Of a stretch of 64,000 nucleotides of DNA, positions 37,985-46,882 are shown piece after piece. A program made the position numbers and the translations under genes. The DNA is from Hoyosella altamirensis (lineage in GTDB: Bacteria; Actinomycetota; Actinomycetes; Mycobacteriales; Mycobacteriaceae): NCBI RefSeq assembly GCF_014191505.1, contig NZ_JACHWS010000004.1, positions 58,654 to 122,653 of the forward strand, in the 5' to 3' direction. How positions within the stretch are numbered: position 1 is the first letter of the stretch; each line of letters starts with the position of its first letter. A model generated the notes under the pieces. That model did not search any database, was not told where the DNA came from, and saw nothing but the letters and a program-made list of their open reading frames with translations.

Positions 37985-38605
37985 GTGGAAGTTCACATTG
38001 TTGAGCTGTTTCACGGGCTAGCGGCGCAGCACCCGGGCCTTGTAGCGGTAATATTCGCTGCCTTAATGATGGTGCACACCACCGCCTTCGTGGGCCCGTT
38101 CGTTCCTGGTGACATCACGGTTCTCATCGCGGGTGTCAGTATCGACCACCCAGCGCAGCTGATTTCCGTGATTCTCGCGGGCATCGCAGGATGTTTGCTG
38201 GGCGCGACATCCGGCTTCTTCCTCGGTGCTGTTTTTGGCAGCCGGATCAAGGAGTGGGCAGCTAGGCACCCACGCTGGCATCGAGCGTGGGAACGCACGG
38301 AAAGATACCTTCATGGCGGTGGCGGCGGCCCGCTCATCGCGCTGGCGATCGTGCTTCCTCTGATGCACTGTTTCGCGCCCTTCATCGCCGCTGCGCACGG
38401 AATTTCCTATCGGCGTGTGATCGCGTGGTGGGCTATCGGTGCAGCAGTGTGGATCGGGATTTTCGCGTCCTTCGGTGCGATCGCGGGTGGTTTGGTGCGC
38501 AGCGATCCAGGGGCAGCAGCCGCGGTTGCGGGCATTGTTGCGGCGGTTGTGGTCGCGGTGGTGCTCGGAATTCACACGTTGTTGCAGCGCAGGTTGGCCG
38601 ACTAG
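37985..38605 (+). CDS. DedA/SNARE-associated (TVP38) family membrane protein
   Basis: 206 aa with about 5 TM segments and the DedA-type glycine-rich re-entrant motif (GDITVLIAGVS...). Only 26 bp downstream of the giant ATPase gene. Confidence 0.6.
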   Translation: MEVHIVELFHGLAAQHPGLVAVIFAALMMVHTTAFVGPFVPGDITVLIAGVSIDHPAQLISVILAGIAGCLLGATSGFFLGAVFGSRIKEWAARHPRWHRAWERTERYLHGGGGGPLIALAIVLPLMHCFAPFIAAAHGISYRRVIAWWAIGAAVWIGIFASFGAIAGGLVRSDPGAAAAVAGIVAAVVVAVVLGIHTLLQRRLAD

Positions 38606-38693
38606 CTGCCGTTACGGATTTGTAGGAAAGTGGTGCTGAGCAGACAACACCTATCCTGGCATGTTTGTAAAATAGCTGCGCATTCGACTTGTC

Positions 38694-39722
38694 GTGAATG
38701 CCGGTCCGGGAAGGGACTCTCGCATGGCTGATCCGGCATTGGCAGTAGCCTCGAATATCTCGGAGCTAGTGGGGCGAACACCCCTGGTAAATCTTGCGCG
38801 GCTTTTTCCCGAAGCACCCCAGACCGTTCTGATGAAACTCGAGATGTTCAATCCGGGTTTCAGCGCGAAGGACCGTACCGCGGCCTCCCTGGTTGAAAGC
38901 GCCTTTGCGGCCGGCCAACTCCAGCTTGGAGGCACGGTGGTCGAGTCGAGCTCGGGGAATCTTGGCCTCGCGCTCGCGCGATCTTGCCTGCAGCGGGAAG
39001 TCCGGTTTATTTGCGTCGCCGATTCGCGGACGAATAAGGCCACGATCGCGATGATGCGCGCGCTGGGGGCCGATGTCAGAATTGTGGAGATTGACCAAGC
39101 GGGTGGATCAGACTTGCTTGCTGCTCGTCTGAAGGAAGTCAGGCGGATAGTCGGCTCAATTCCCGGCGCAGTGAATCTCAATCAGTATGAAAATCCAGCT
39201 AATCCGCAGGCTCACGAGTTCGGCACCATGGCGGAGATCGCAGAACAAGCAAATGGCAGGATCGATCAGCTTTTCGTCGCAACAAGCACGACCGGTACGT
39301 TGACCGGATGCCGCAACTATATAGACAAAAAAGGCCTGAAAACGCGCGTTACGGCGGTCGATTCGGAGGGTAGTGCGCTTTTCGGCGGGAGCCCGCACAC
39401 GCGGTATCTCCCGGGTTTAGGTGCGGGATTGGAAACACACCTTTCCACTCGTGCACGCCCGGACCAAGTGATGCGGGTTTCCGAAGCTGACTGCGTACGC
39501 GGCTGCAGGTTACTGGCGCGGCGCGAAGCGATCATCGCGGGCGCGTCAACGGGAGGAGTAGTTGCTGCCGTGCGCAGCCGACTGCCGAGACTCGATCCGT
39601 CCGATACGGTCGTGCTGATCGCCCATGACGGCGGCATGCCGTACGCCGAAACCGTGTACGACGATGCGTGGGTCCATGAGGTGCTCGGGCTCACGAGGGA
39701 GCAGGCCGAAGGATGGCTGTAA
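38694..39722 (+). CDS. Cysteine-synthase-family PLP enzyme, SbnA-like (2,3-diaminopropionate-precursor synthase-like)
   Basis: PLP-lysine motif SAKDRTAASL. The overall CysK/SbnA fold is 342 aa. Overlaps the next gene. Confidence 0.7.
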   Translation: MNAGPGRDSRMADPALAVASNISELVGRTPLVNLARLFPEAPQTVLMKLEMFNPGFSAKDRTAASLVESAFAAGQLQLGGTVVESSSGNLGLALARSCLQREVRFICVADSRTNKATIAMMRALGADVRIVEIDQAGGSDLLAARLKEVRRIVGSIPGAVNLNQYENPANPQAHEFGTMAEIAEQANGRIDQLFVATSTTGTLTGCRNYIDKKGLKTRVTAVDSEGSALFGGSPHTRYLPGLGAGLETHLSTRARPDQVMRVSEADCVRGCRLLARREAIIAGASTGGVVAAVRSRLPRLDPSDTVVLIAHDGGMPYAETVYDDAWVHEVLGLTREQAEGWL

Positions 39723-41293
39723 GCACTCGTGGGGCTGCGTTCGCAGTTGCCATCGTTGGTGCCGGCCCGAAGGGCCTGTTCGCGCTTGAGTCCATCCTGG
39801 CGCATTCGCGTGGTACGCAAGGGCAGCTGCGCGTCGACCTTTTTGATCCGCAGCCGCCGGGTCACGGTGCTGCGTACCAGCCTTCGCTGCCGGAGTATTT
39901 GCGTCTCAACGTCGATGCGGACATTGTTTCAGTCTGGCCGCAGCACCGGACGAGTATGAGTCGGCCGACATGGCGAGTGTGGGCCCGGGAAGCTGAACCG
40001 CTGATCGCTTCCGAGCGTTTCCCGCCCCGTGCCGCCGTCGGCACGTATCTCGAGAGGTCGTTCCACCGCATGGTTTCCGCTGCGCCGGGGGTAACGGTGC
40101 GCCACGTAGCATCAGCTGTCACCGGCTTGAGACGAGCTCAGGACGGAAAATGGCACGTGATATCCGGTAGCGAACTCGGGCCGTACGACGAGGTGCTGCT
40201 GACTGTGGGCCACGGGTCATCATGGGACGGAGCGCTCGCCAGGGGTGCGGGTCGCACGGTCAGTTCCGTATACCCGATCCAGAACCTCGATGTGATTGCG
40301 CCGCACTCCCGGGTTCGGTTCCGCGGCGCGGCACTGACTTTCATCGATGGGGCGCTGGTTCTGACAGAGGGCCGTGGTGGCCGTTTCGAGGGGCGGGGTG
40401 CGAATTGCCGTTATGTTCCCAGTGGGAGGGAGCCGCGTGCTCTCTTCCCGAGTTCACGTTCGGGCGGTTTTCTGCACGCTAAACCACAGATCACCCTGCC
40501 TCGGGATGCAGTTGAGGCGGCGTCCAAGGAGTGGGCGGCTGTCGGAGTTGGTGACGTGGGGTCACTGGAGGAAGCGATCGTCGGCGCGGCTCACGCGATT
40601 CTCTGGGAATTGGGTACGCCTGTCGACCGAGGACGGATTTCGGAAAGTTTGCGGACCGGCCGGGACCCCGCGCAAACATCCCGAGCGAGGGATTCGGGTG
40701 CTCGAGCGGTCGCCGAATTCCGTGACTCGGTGGAGGTCAGCCGTGGCGAGAAATTACCTGGTCCCGCGTATGCGCTGGGACGCGCGTGGGCGATTGGTTA
40801 CCGCACGGTAGTCGACCGGTACCCGGGGCCCGACATGCAGGCTCGGGACTGGGCGGTGTTCATGTCGCTCGCCACCACGCTAGAGCGTTTCGCATTCGGG
40901 CCGCCGCTGGTGAACGCCGAGAAACTACTGGCGCTGATTGACTCGGGTGTTGTTGTACCAGACTTCATCATAGGAGAACTGGATGAGGGTGGACCGTACG
41001 ATCACCATGTCGACGCGGTCCTGCCCCCGCCTGGCTGGCGCCAGATTGTCGACCCGTTGTTTGAGTCCTTGCTTGCGTCCGGTGACGTGTGGATTCCAGA
41101 CGGGCGCCGGGGCGTCATGATCACGGATGACGCGCAAGTGTTGGGGCTGCGGGGCGCTACGGCCGGGCTGTCCGCGCTGGGCCGCCCCACCGAAGACACG
41201 GTGATCGGGAATGACACGCTGAATCGCGGGCTGCATGATCATCCTGAACGATGGGCAGCCCGAGTGATAAGGCGAATCGAGGGGACCGCATGA
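39713..41293 (+). CDS. FAD/NAD(P)-binding protein (Rossmann GAGPKG), uncharacterised oxidoreductase of the y4xP-y4yA-type clusters
   Basis: 526 aa. N-terminal dinucleotide-binding motif VAIVGAGPKG with no other assignable domain. Confidence 0.55.
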   Translation: MAVSTRGAAFAVAIVGAGPKGLFALESILAHSRGTQGQLRVDLFDPQPPGHGAAYQPSLPEYLRLNVDADIVSVWPQHRTSMSRPTWRVWAREAEPLIASERFPPRAAVGTYLERSFHRMVSAAPGVTVRHVASAVTGLRRAQDGKWHVISGSELGPYDEVLLTVGHGSSWDGALARGAGRTVSSVYPIQNLDVIAPHSRVRFRGAALTFIDGALVLTEGRGGRFEGRGANCRYVPSGREPRALFPSSRSGGFLHAKPQITLPRDAVEAASKEWAAVGVGDVGSLEEAIVGAAHAILWELGTPVDRGRISESLRTGRDPAQTSRARDSGARAVAEFRDSVEVSRGEKLPGPAYALGRAWAIGYRTVVDRYPGPDMQARDWAVFMSLATTLERFAFGPPLVNAEKLLALIDSGVVVPDFIIGELDEGGPYDHHVDAVLPPPGWRQIVDPLFESLLASGDVWIPDGRRGVMITDDAQVLGLRGATAGLSALGRPTEDTVIGNDTLNRGLHDHPERWAARVIRRIEGTA

Positions 41294-42750
41294 ACAGCGA
41301 TATCCGGAAGATGTGCGTCGGGCTCCCACCGCTCACCGCGCGGCTGGAAAACTGGATGAGCGAACTGCTTTCAGATCCCACAGCGACCGAGCGGGTAGTG
41401 AATGAATACGGCTCACCGGTCAATGTGATCCACACGGGGGCTCTCCGGCGAAACGCTGCTGAGCTCACCGATGCAGCCGCATTCCACGGAGTCGATCTGC
41501 GGGTGTTTTTCGCGCGGAAAGCCAACAAAGCACTGAGCTTTGTCGATGCGTCCAACCAGGCTGGCCTTGGCGTCGACGTCGCCTCTGAGCGTGAATTACG
41601 TCAGGTCCTCAAACGGGGAGTGCCGCCACAGAACGTCATCGTCACGGCCGCCGTGAAACCACCGCGACTGCTCGAGCTGAGCCTGTCGACGGGCGTAACG
41701 GTAGCCCTCGACAATTATGACGAAGCGGACGCGTATCTCGCCCTCACAGCTGCGCTGGGCGCTGGCGGAGGACCGGCACCGGTCGCGCTGCGTATCGCGT
41801 CTCAGAATGGAGACATCGCTCCGACACGCTTTGGTCTCTCGGTGCCGGACTGGCTTGAGTGGCTGGATGCGCGCGATACTGCCGGGTTCCGCATCGACGG
41901 CATTCACTTTCACCTCCACGGATACTCCGCGCGTGATCGTGCACTGGTTCTCAGCGAGGCTGTCGCGGCCATAGACGACCTTCGGCAGCGCGGGCACAGT
42001 CCCACGTTCATCGATATGGGCGGTGGCATCCCAATGAGCTACCTCAATGACGAAGCCCAATGGAACGCTTTCGAAAGTGCACACAAGGCCGCGACCCTCG
42101 GTGAGGGCCCTCCATTGACGTGGCGGAACGATGGATTTGGGCGACGTGCGGAGGCCGGTGCTCTGGTGGGTACCCGAAATACATACCCGTACTACCAGGC
42201 ACCTGTCCGGGGGGATTGGTTCAGCGCACTGGTCGACGCGTATTCGAACTCGAGTGATCGGCCCCGCACGCTTGCGTCCGATTTGCGGGAACGCGGATTG
42301 CATCTGCGGTGCGAACCTGGCCGTTCACTGCTCGACGGGTGTGGTGTGACGTTCGCACGGGTGCTGTTCCGCAAGAGGACCAGCGATGGCATTCCGCTGG
42401 TCGGCTTGGAGATGAACCGCACGCAATGCCGATCGACGTCAGCGGATTTTCTGTTAGATCCTGTTCTCGTGCGAGGCCCACGATCGGGCCACCCGAATCA
42501 ACCGTTCTCCGGGTACCTGGTCGGTGCGTACTGTGTCGAGGATGAGCTGATTTTGCGGCGGGAACTGAGCTTTCCCCATGGAGTCGCCGTGGGAGACATT
42601 GTGGCACTGCCCAACACAGCCGGATACTTGATGCACATTCTCGAAAGTGAATCGCATCAGCTTCCATTGGCACACAACGTGGTGGCCCGCGACGGCGGTT
42701 TCGTCGAGGATGATCTCGGGGGTGCGGCTACGCGCGAACCGCGGCTTTAG
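41290..42750 (+). CDS. Fold-type III PLP-dependent decarboxylase, Y4yA/SbnH-like (Orn/DAP/Arg decarboxylase family 2)
   Basis: Alanine-racemase-like TIM-barrel N-terminus (FFARKANKAL, with the PLP lysine) plus a C-terminal beta domain. ATGA overlap with the upstream gene. Confidence 0.7.
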   Translation: MNSDIRKMCVGLPPLTARLENWMSELLSDPTATERVVNEYGSPVNVIHTGALRRNAAELTDAAAFHGVDLRVFFARKANKALSFVDASNQAGLGVDVASERELRQVLKRGVPPQNVIVTAAVKPPRLLELSLSTGVTVALDNYDEADAYLALTAALGAGGGPAPVALRIASQNGDIAPTRFGLSVPDWLEWLDARDTAGFRIDGIHFHLHGYSARDRALVLSEAVAAIDDLRQRGHSPTFIDMGGGIPMSYLNDEAQWNAFESAHKAATLGEGPPLTWRNDGFGRRAEAGALVGTRNTYPYYQAPVRGDWFSALVDAYSNSSDRPRTLASDLRERGLHLRCEPGRSLLDGCGVTFARVLFRKRTSDGIPLVGLEMNRTQCRSTSADFLLDPVLVRGPRSGHPNQPFSGYLVGAYCVEDELILRRELSFPHGVAVGDIVALPNTAGYLMHILESESHQLPLAHNVVARDGGFVEDDLGGAATREPRL

Positions 42751-44159
42751 CGTTCGATGACCGCCAGCCCGTGCGGATCTGCTGCCGACACGCCGCTGCT
42801 GTCGATGTCGACCGTATTCGGATTGTCTTCCATGACGAGCAAATCGCTTTCGGTCCACGTGAAGGCGCGGCAATCGTCGCTGACGGTGAGGATCGCGACA
42901 CCCGGCGTCCGATCACCGTCGACCAGGCTTGTGATGGCTGTCAGCGGCTCCGCACCGCGCAGGCTGACGAATACCTTTCCGTCCCTGAGATAAGCGAGGT
43001 CCGGAGCCGGATTGGGGCTGAATTCAGTGGCCATCGATTCCGTCGCGACAACTTCGCGTGCCTCGATGTCAATGACATTGATGTCATTGCTTACTCGCAT
43101 GAATGAGAGCGCGTACTCCCGTTCATCCTCGTCGGTGCAGAAGGCTGTGCCGTGCGTATCCTCACCGGGCAACTCGAGAGTGAAAGGTTCCGGGAACGCA
43201 CCATCATTGACTCCGCTGGTGTCGTGGAAAAACAGGAAATCGTCGCCTCCAGACGCGCCACTCTCACCGTTGGTAAGCATCAAGTCATCAGAGACGGGGA
43301 ACGCGCCGCACCCGGCGCCCGGCATCGTGTCCGCCGGATGTACTTGCACGACCTCCATGGGCGTGCTTCCGTCAGCAGTCCCGGTATCCACAATCACGAG
43401 GCCGCCCTGAGCCAGGGTGACGTAGGCGAAACGCCCGTCGGAGGTGAACTCGTGGCAGATCGGACGAACAAAGTCACTGTCGAGTTCAGCCGCGTAATCC
43501 TCCAGCACAAGTGTTTCGGTGAGTTCGTAGGAGTCCGAACTGAAGTCCGTCTGGATCTTGTGGAGAAAGCCGGAGTCGTCACCGTGATTCATGTCAGCAA
43601 CGATGACGAAGCTGTCATCTGGGCTCGCGACGCTCGCATGCGCCGCGTGCGAGCCGCCCGCACCGTCAAACCCTTCCGCCGTGTTGACACAGCCGGTGAT
43701 TTCGCGGGTCTCGATGTCCATGAAGTGAGTATCACCGGACGCCACATTGGAGATGATCATGTGCGTCGGTGGCGTTGAATTGTTTGGCAGAACCATGTGC
43801 GGCCGCTGTGCGAGTTCGCACCCCGCGGCCTCCGCGGCGGCCCCAAGATCGATGACTTCAGCGGTTGCGTCTGAGGGCGCATCGCTGCCCAGTTCGTCCC
43901 CGTTCCAGATGTACAGCAGGCCGCCACCGTCCTCTACGGTGTCAGCCTGGTCGAGTGCCCACACTTCGAAGCTCGCGGCGGTTACCTCGTCAGCAGGACC
44001 AGTCGCAGGCGAGGGAGCGGTCTCATCATCCACAGGGGTTGACTGGCAGGCGGCGAGAAAGAAAGCTGCGGCGACGGCGGTGATAACGGCGCCTGACTTA
44101 CGGGTGTAAGCGAACACGATGGAAGCCCTTCGCAGGAAAGTCGCGATTAGTGGCCGCAT
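42747..44159 (-). CDS. Secreted lipoprotein, probable beta-propeller-like fold, unknown function
   Basis: Lipobox FFLAAC after an N-terminal signal. Acidic, Gly/Asp-rich with repeated FxxD/HGD segments. Last gene of the ABC-importer operon. Confidence 0.55.
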   Translation of the reverse strand: MRPLIATFLRRASIVFAYTRKSGAVITAVAAAFFLAACQSTPVDDETAPSPATGPADEVTAASFEVWALDQADTVEDGGGLLYIWNGDELGSDAPSDATAEVIDLGAAAEAAGCELAQRPHMVLPNNSTPPTHMIISNVASGDTHFMDIETREITGCVNTAEGFDGAGGSHAAHASVASPDDSFVIVADMNHGDDSGFLHKIQTDFSSDSYELTETLVLEDYAAELDSDFVRPICHEFTSDGRFAYVTLAQGGLVIVDTGTADGSTPMEVVQVHPADTMPGAGCGAFPVSDDLMLTNGESGASGGDDFLFFHDTSGVNDGAFPEPFTLELPGEDTHGTAFCTDEDEREYALSFMRVSNDINVIDIEAREVVATESMATEFSPNPAPDLAYLRDGKVFVSLRGAEPLTAITSLVDGDRTPGVAILTVSDDCRAFTWTESDLLVMEDNPNTVDIDSSGVSAADPHGLAVIER

Positions 44160-44211
44160 GAGCGGCGCCTACGAGCCTAAGCGCGAAAGCGCCCAAAATG
44201 CGGCTTTTGGG

Positions 44212-45279
44212 CTAGCCCTTTTTCAGGATTTTGGACATCGTCGCTGGGGCTTCTTCCGGAATCACGTGTCGTGCCGCCTGCGGGATGTGCAGTGAAACGC
44301 GTGAGCCCGGTGGCAGATGCAGCGTTGGAGGAGCTTCCGCGCAGACAGTCACGTTCCCGCCGTTTATGTTGATGTGCAGGCGCTGCCGTGCGCCGATGAC
44401 TTCCATCGCGGCGACGACTCCGGCGAGGTCCCCAGGCTCTGACGCCTCGGTGACGCCCACAGCTTCATGGCGGAACACGAGTGTGCCGGCTCCCGAACTG
44501 TGGCTGACGGTCAAGACACCGGCCGTGGAGTGATGCTTACCGTCTCGGACGTCACCGAAGATCTCGTTGATACCGCCCATCATCCGGTGCACAGAGAGCG
44601 ACCTGGGACGGGTGTAAATGTGGTGCGGGGTATCGATCTGCGCGATGGTGCCGTTAAGCAGAATCGCCATCCGGTCGGCGAGAACCGCGGCTTCATGCTG
44701 ATCGTGGGTGACGAGGAGAATGGTCGGCGAAAGCTCGCGGCGAATCTGGCGCAAGAGGCTGTGCATTTCGCCTCGCAACTGAGGGTCCAGTGCACTGAAC
44801 GGCTCGTCCAGCAGAAGAACGCGAGGTTCGGCGGCGAGTGCACGCGCGAGCGCTACCCGCTGGGCCTGACCACCGGAGAGTTCCGTGGCGCGACGGTACG
44901 CAAAATCGCCAAGCTGTACCAGCTCGAGGTAGGACTGCGCGTGCAGTCGGGAGGAACGTTTCGACTTCCCGGACGACCGGGCCGAGAATGCGACATTGTC
45001 CAGAGCGTTGAGGTGTGGGAAAAGCAACGGCCGCTGGAACATCAGGGCGACACCGCGTCGTTCCGCGGGAACTCCATCGACATTGCGGTCACCGAGTGCA
45101 ACCGTGCCTGAAGAAGCTGGCTCCAGTCCTGCGATGAGGCGCAGGATCGTGCTCTTACCAGCACCGGAAGGTCCGAGGACGGCGACACATTCACCGGCGG
45201 CGACTTCGAGGTCGATGTCCCGGATCACGGCACTTTCATTGAAGGCTTTCGTGAGTGAGTGAAGCGAGAGCGTACTCAT
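44212..45279 (-). CDS. ABC transporter ATP-binding protein (PotA/FbpC-like, C-terminal TOBE/MOP domain)
   Basis: Walker A GPSGAGKST, signature LSGGQAQR and Walker B LLLDEP. Start chosen at the internal Met abutting the permease stop. Confidence 0.85.
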   Translation of the reverse strand: MSTLSLHSLTKAFNESAVIRDIDLEVAAGECVAVLGPSGAGKSTILRLIAGLEPASSGTVALGDRNVDGVPAERRGVALMFQRPLLFPHLNALDNVAFSARSSGKSKRSSRLHAQSYLELVQLGDFAYRRATELSGGQAQRVALARALAAEPRVLLLDEPFSALDPQLRGEMHSLLRQIRRELSPTILLVTHDQHEAAVLADRMAILLNGTIAQIDTPHHIYTRPRSLSVHRMMGGINEIFGDVRDGKHHSTAGVLTVSHSSGAGTLVFRHEAVGVTEASEPGDLAGVVAAMEVIGARQRLHININGGNVTVCAEAPPTLHLPPGSRVSLHIPQAARHVIPEEAPATMSKILKKG

Positions 45280-46052
45280 GGGGCTCTCCTTCCTCGCAGG
45301 CGCCATAACAGGAGCAACAATACGAGTGGCGGTGCGATCGCAGCGACAGACAGCGCCGCCACCACCGGCTGATTGCCTGATCCGGCTGCGAATGCACCCA
45401 CAAGAACAGGGACGGAAACCAGCCGGCCTCCCCCGACTAGGAGCGTCACGATGTAGTCAGTCCACCCAACGAGAAATGCGAGGAAGCCTGCGGTGGCGAT
45501 CGCGGGCGCCAGAAGAGGCAACTGAACCCGCCAGAACACTACCCAGCCAGATGCCCCGAGAGTCCGGGCCTCCTCTTCGAAGCGGATGTCGTAGGCACCG
45601 AAGCCAACGCGCATGATGTAGGTCGTATACGGGATCGCCACCACTGTCAGGATCAGCACGGCCCCGATCAGATTAGGGATTCCTGCGCGCAGGATCAGAA
45701 CGTCCAGTCCCATCGCGACCGCGAACGGCGGGAACGCGAGGGGCGCTACCAGCACCACAGCAGCAGCACCGCGGAAGTGCACCCTGTGCAGAACCAGCGC
45801 CCTGGCTGCCAGGGCACCCGCCGGCGTAGCCAGCCCGGCAACGCTCACGCCAAGTACCGCCGACGTCGCGAAGGCGTCGACGGCACCCGCTGACAGGGCG
45901 CTCCGGAGTCCCGTAAGTCCCCATTCCTGAGGGGACAGGGCGGGAAATCGCCACTGGTTCGCCACTGACCACAAAAGAATCGGGACGAGCGGCAGCAAGA
46001 ACCACAGCACGAGCAGCACTCGCCCGGCCCTCGCCACGGTCCCTACCGCCAC
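45276..46052 (-). CDS. ABC transporter permease
   Basis: 258 aa with 6 TM segments. EAA-like loop in a PotC/FbpB-type permease. Confidence 0.75.
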   Translation of the reverse strand: MAVGTVARAGRVLLVLWFLLPLVPILLWSVANQWRFPALSPQEWGLTGLRSALSAGAVDAFATSAVLGVSVAGLATPAGALAARALVLHRVHFRGAAAVVLVAPLAFPPFAVAMGLDVLILRAGIPNLIGAVLILTVVAIPYTTYIMRVGFGAYDIRFEEEARTLGASGWVVFWRVQLPLLAPAIATAGFLAFLVGWTDYIVTLLVGGGRLVSVPVLVGAFAAGSGNQPVVAALSVAAIAPPLVLLLLLWRLRGRRAP

Positions 46053-46882
46053 AGCGACGACCTCCTGAGGACGAACAGCGCGGCAGCCAGCATCATCAGA
46101 CAGAGTGCAACCGAAACGCTGGCGGCCGCAGCAGCATTGGGTCGCGCGGCCAGATCGATAGCGGAGAAGAGCCGCACCGCCATCACCGGCAGCGGTTCAG
46201 GGTGCGGACGGCCGAGCAGCCGTGCCACCTCGAATGAGCCGAACGAATAGACGAAAGTGATCATGGCTGCAGCGGCAAGCGCGGGTGTCGCGAGGGGCAA
46301 TGTGACGAGCCGGAACCGTTGCCATCGACCAGCGCCGAGCACCGCGGCTGCCTCCGAATAGCCAGTCACGCGCGTTGCGAGCGCTGCAGCAACAACGAGC
46401 GCTATGAACGCGGATTCCTTCCACGTGAACTCCGCGATCACAGCGATCCACCAGCGCCCGCCGACCAGCTGCGGCCACGTTGCAGAGTCCATCCTGAATA
46501 CGCGGGCAAGGAGTCCGGCGTCGGAAAGGAGCAGTCCGATCGCGGCGGCACCGATCAGGTGCGGGATGGGAATGGTCAACGTCGCGAGCGCCGCGACGAC
46601 CCTTCCATTCGCGACGATCGCCAGGGCGGCGGCAAGCCCTATGAGGGACGCCAGAATTGTCGACGATGCGGCTATCGCCAGTGACAGCAGAGTGGCCGTG
46701 ATCAGGTCATCGCTCTGTGCCGTGAACGTCTGGGTACTGAACGCCGGTTCACCGACAAGAGGCATCAATCCGAATGCCTGTAGGGCAACGGTGCCAAGCC
46801 CTGCGACAAGCACGATTGCAGTTGGGACGAGTGCAGGGAGGAGCAGCGCTGTCGCTCGTAACCGTGCCGTCCGCCCTGACAT
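46043..46882 (-). CDS. ABC transporter permease
   Basis: TM-rich. The track ORF runs to 47074, so I chose the internal Met (MSGRTARLRATALLLP) at 46882, which overlaps the SBP stop by 1 nt. Confidence 0.65.
   Translation of the reverse strand: MSGRTARLRATALLLPALVPTAIVLVAGLGTVALQAFGLMPLVGEPAFSTQTFTAQSDDLITATLLSLAIAASSTILASLIGLAAALAIVANGRVVAALATLTIPIPHLIGAAAIGLLLSDAGLLARVFRMDSATWPQLVGGRWWIAVIAEFTWKESAFIALVVAAALATRVTGYSEAAAVLGAGRWQRFRLVTLPLATPALAAAAMITFVYSFGSFEVARLLGRPHPEPLPVMAVRLFSAIDLAARPNAAAAASVSVALCLMMLAAALFVLRRSSLWR

Noticed and set aside
38606-38693. Search for an IdeR/DtxR iron box or Zur box upstream of the SbnA-like cassette
   Set aside because: No convincing TTAGGTTAGGCTAACCTAA-like or Zur-like palindrome is visible by eye. 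A computational motif scan is still needed.
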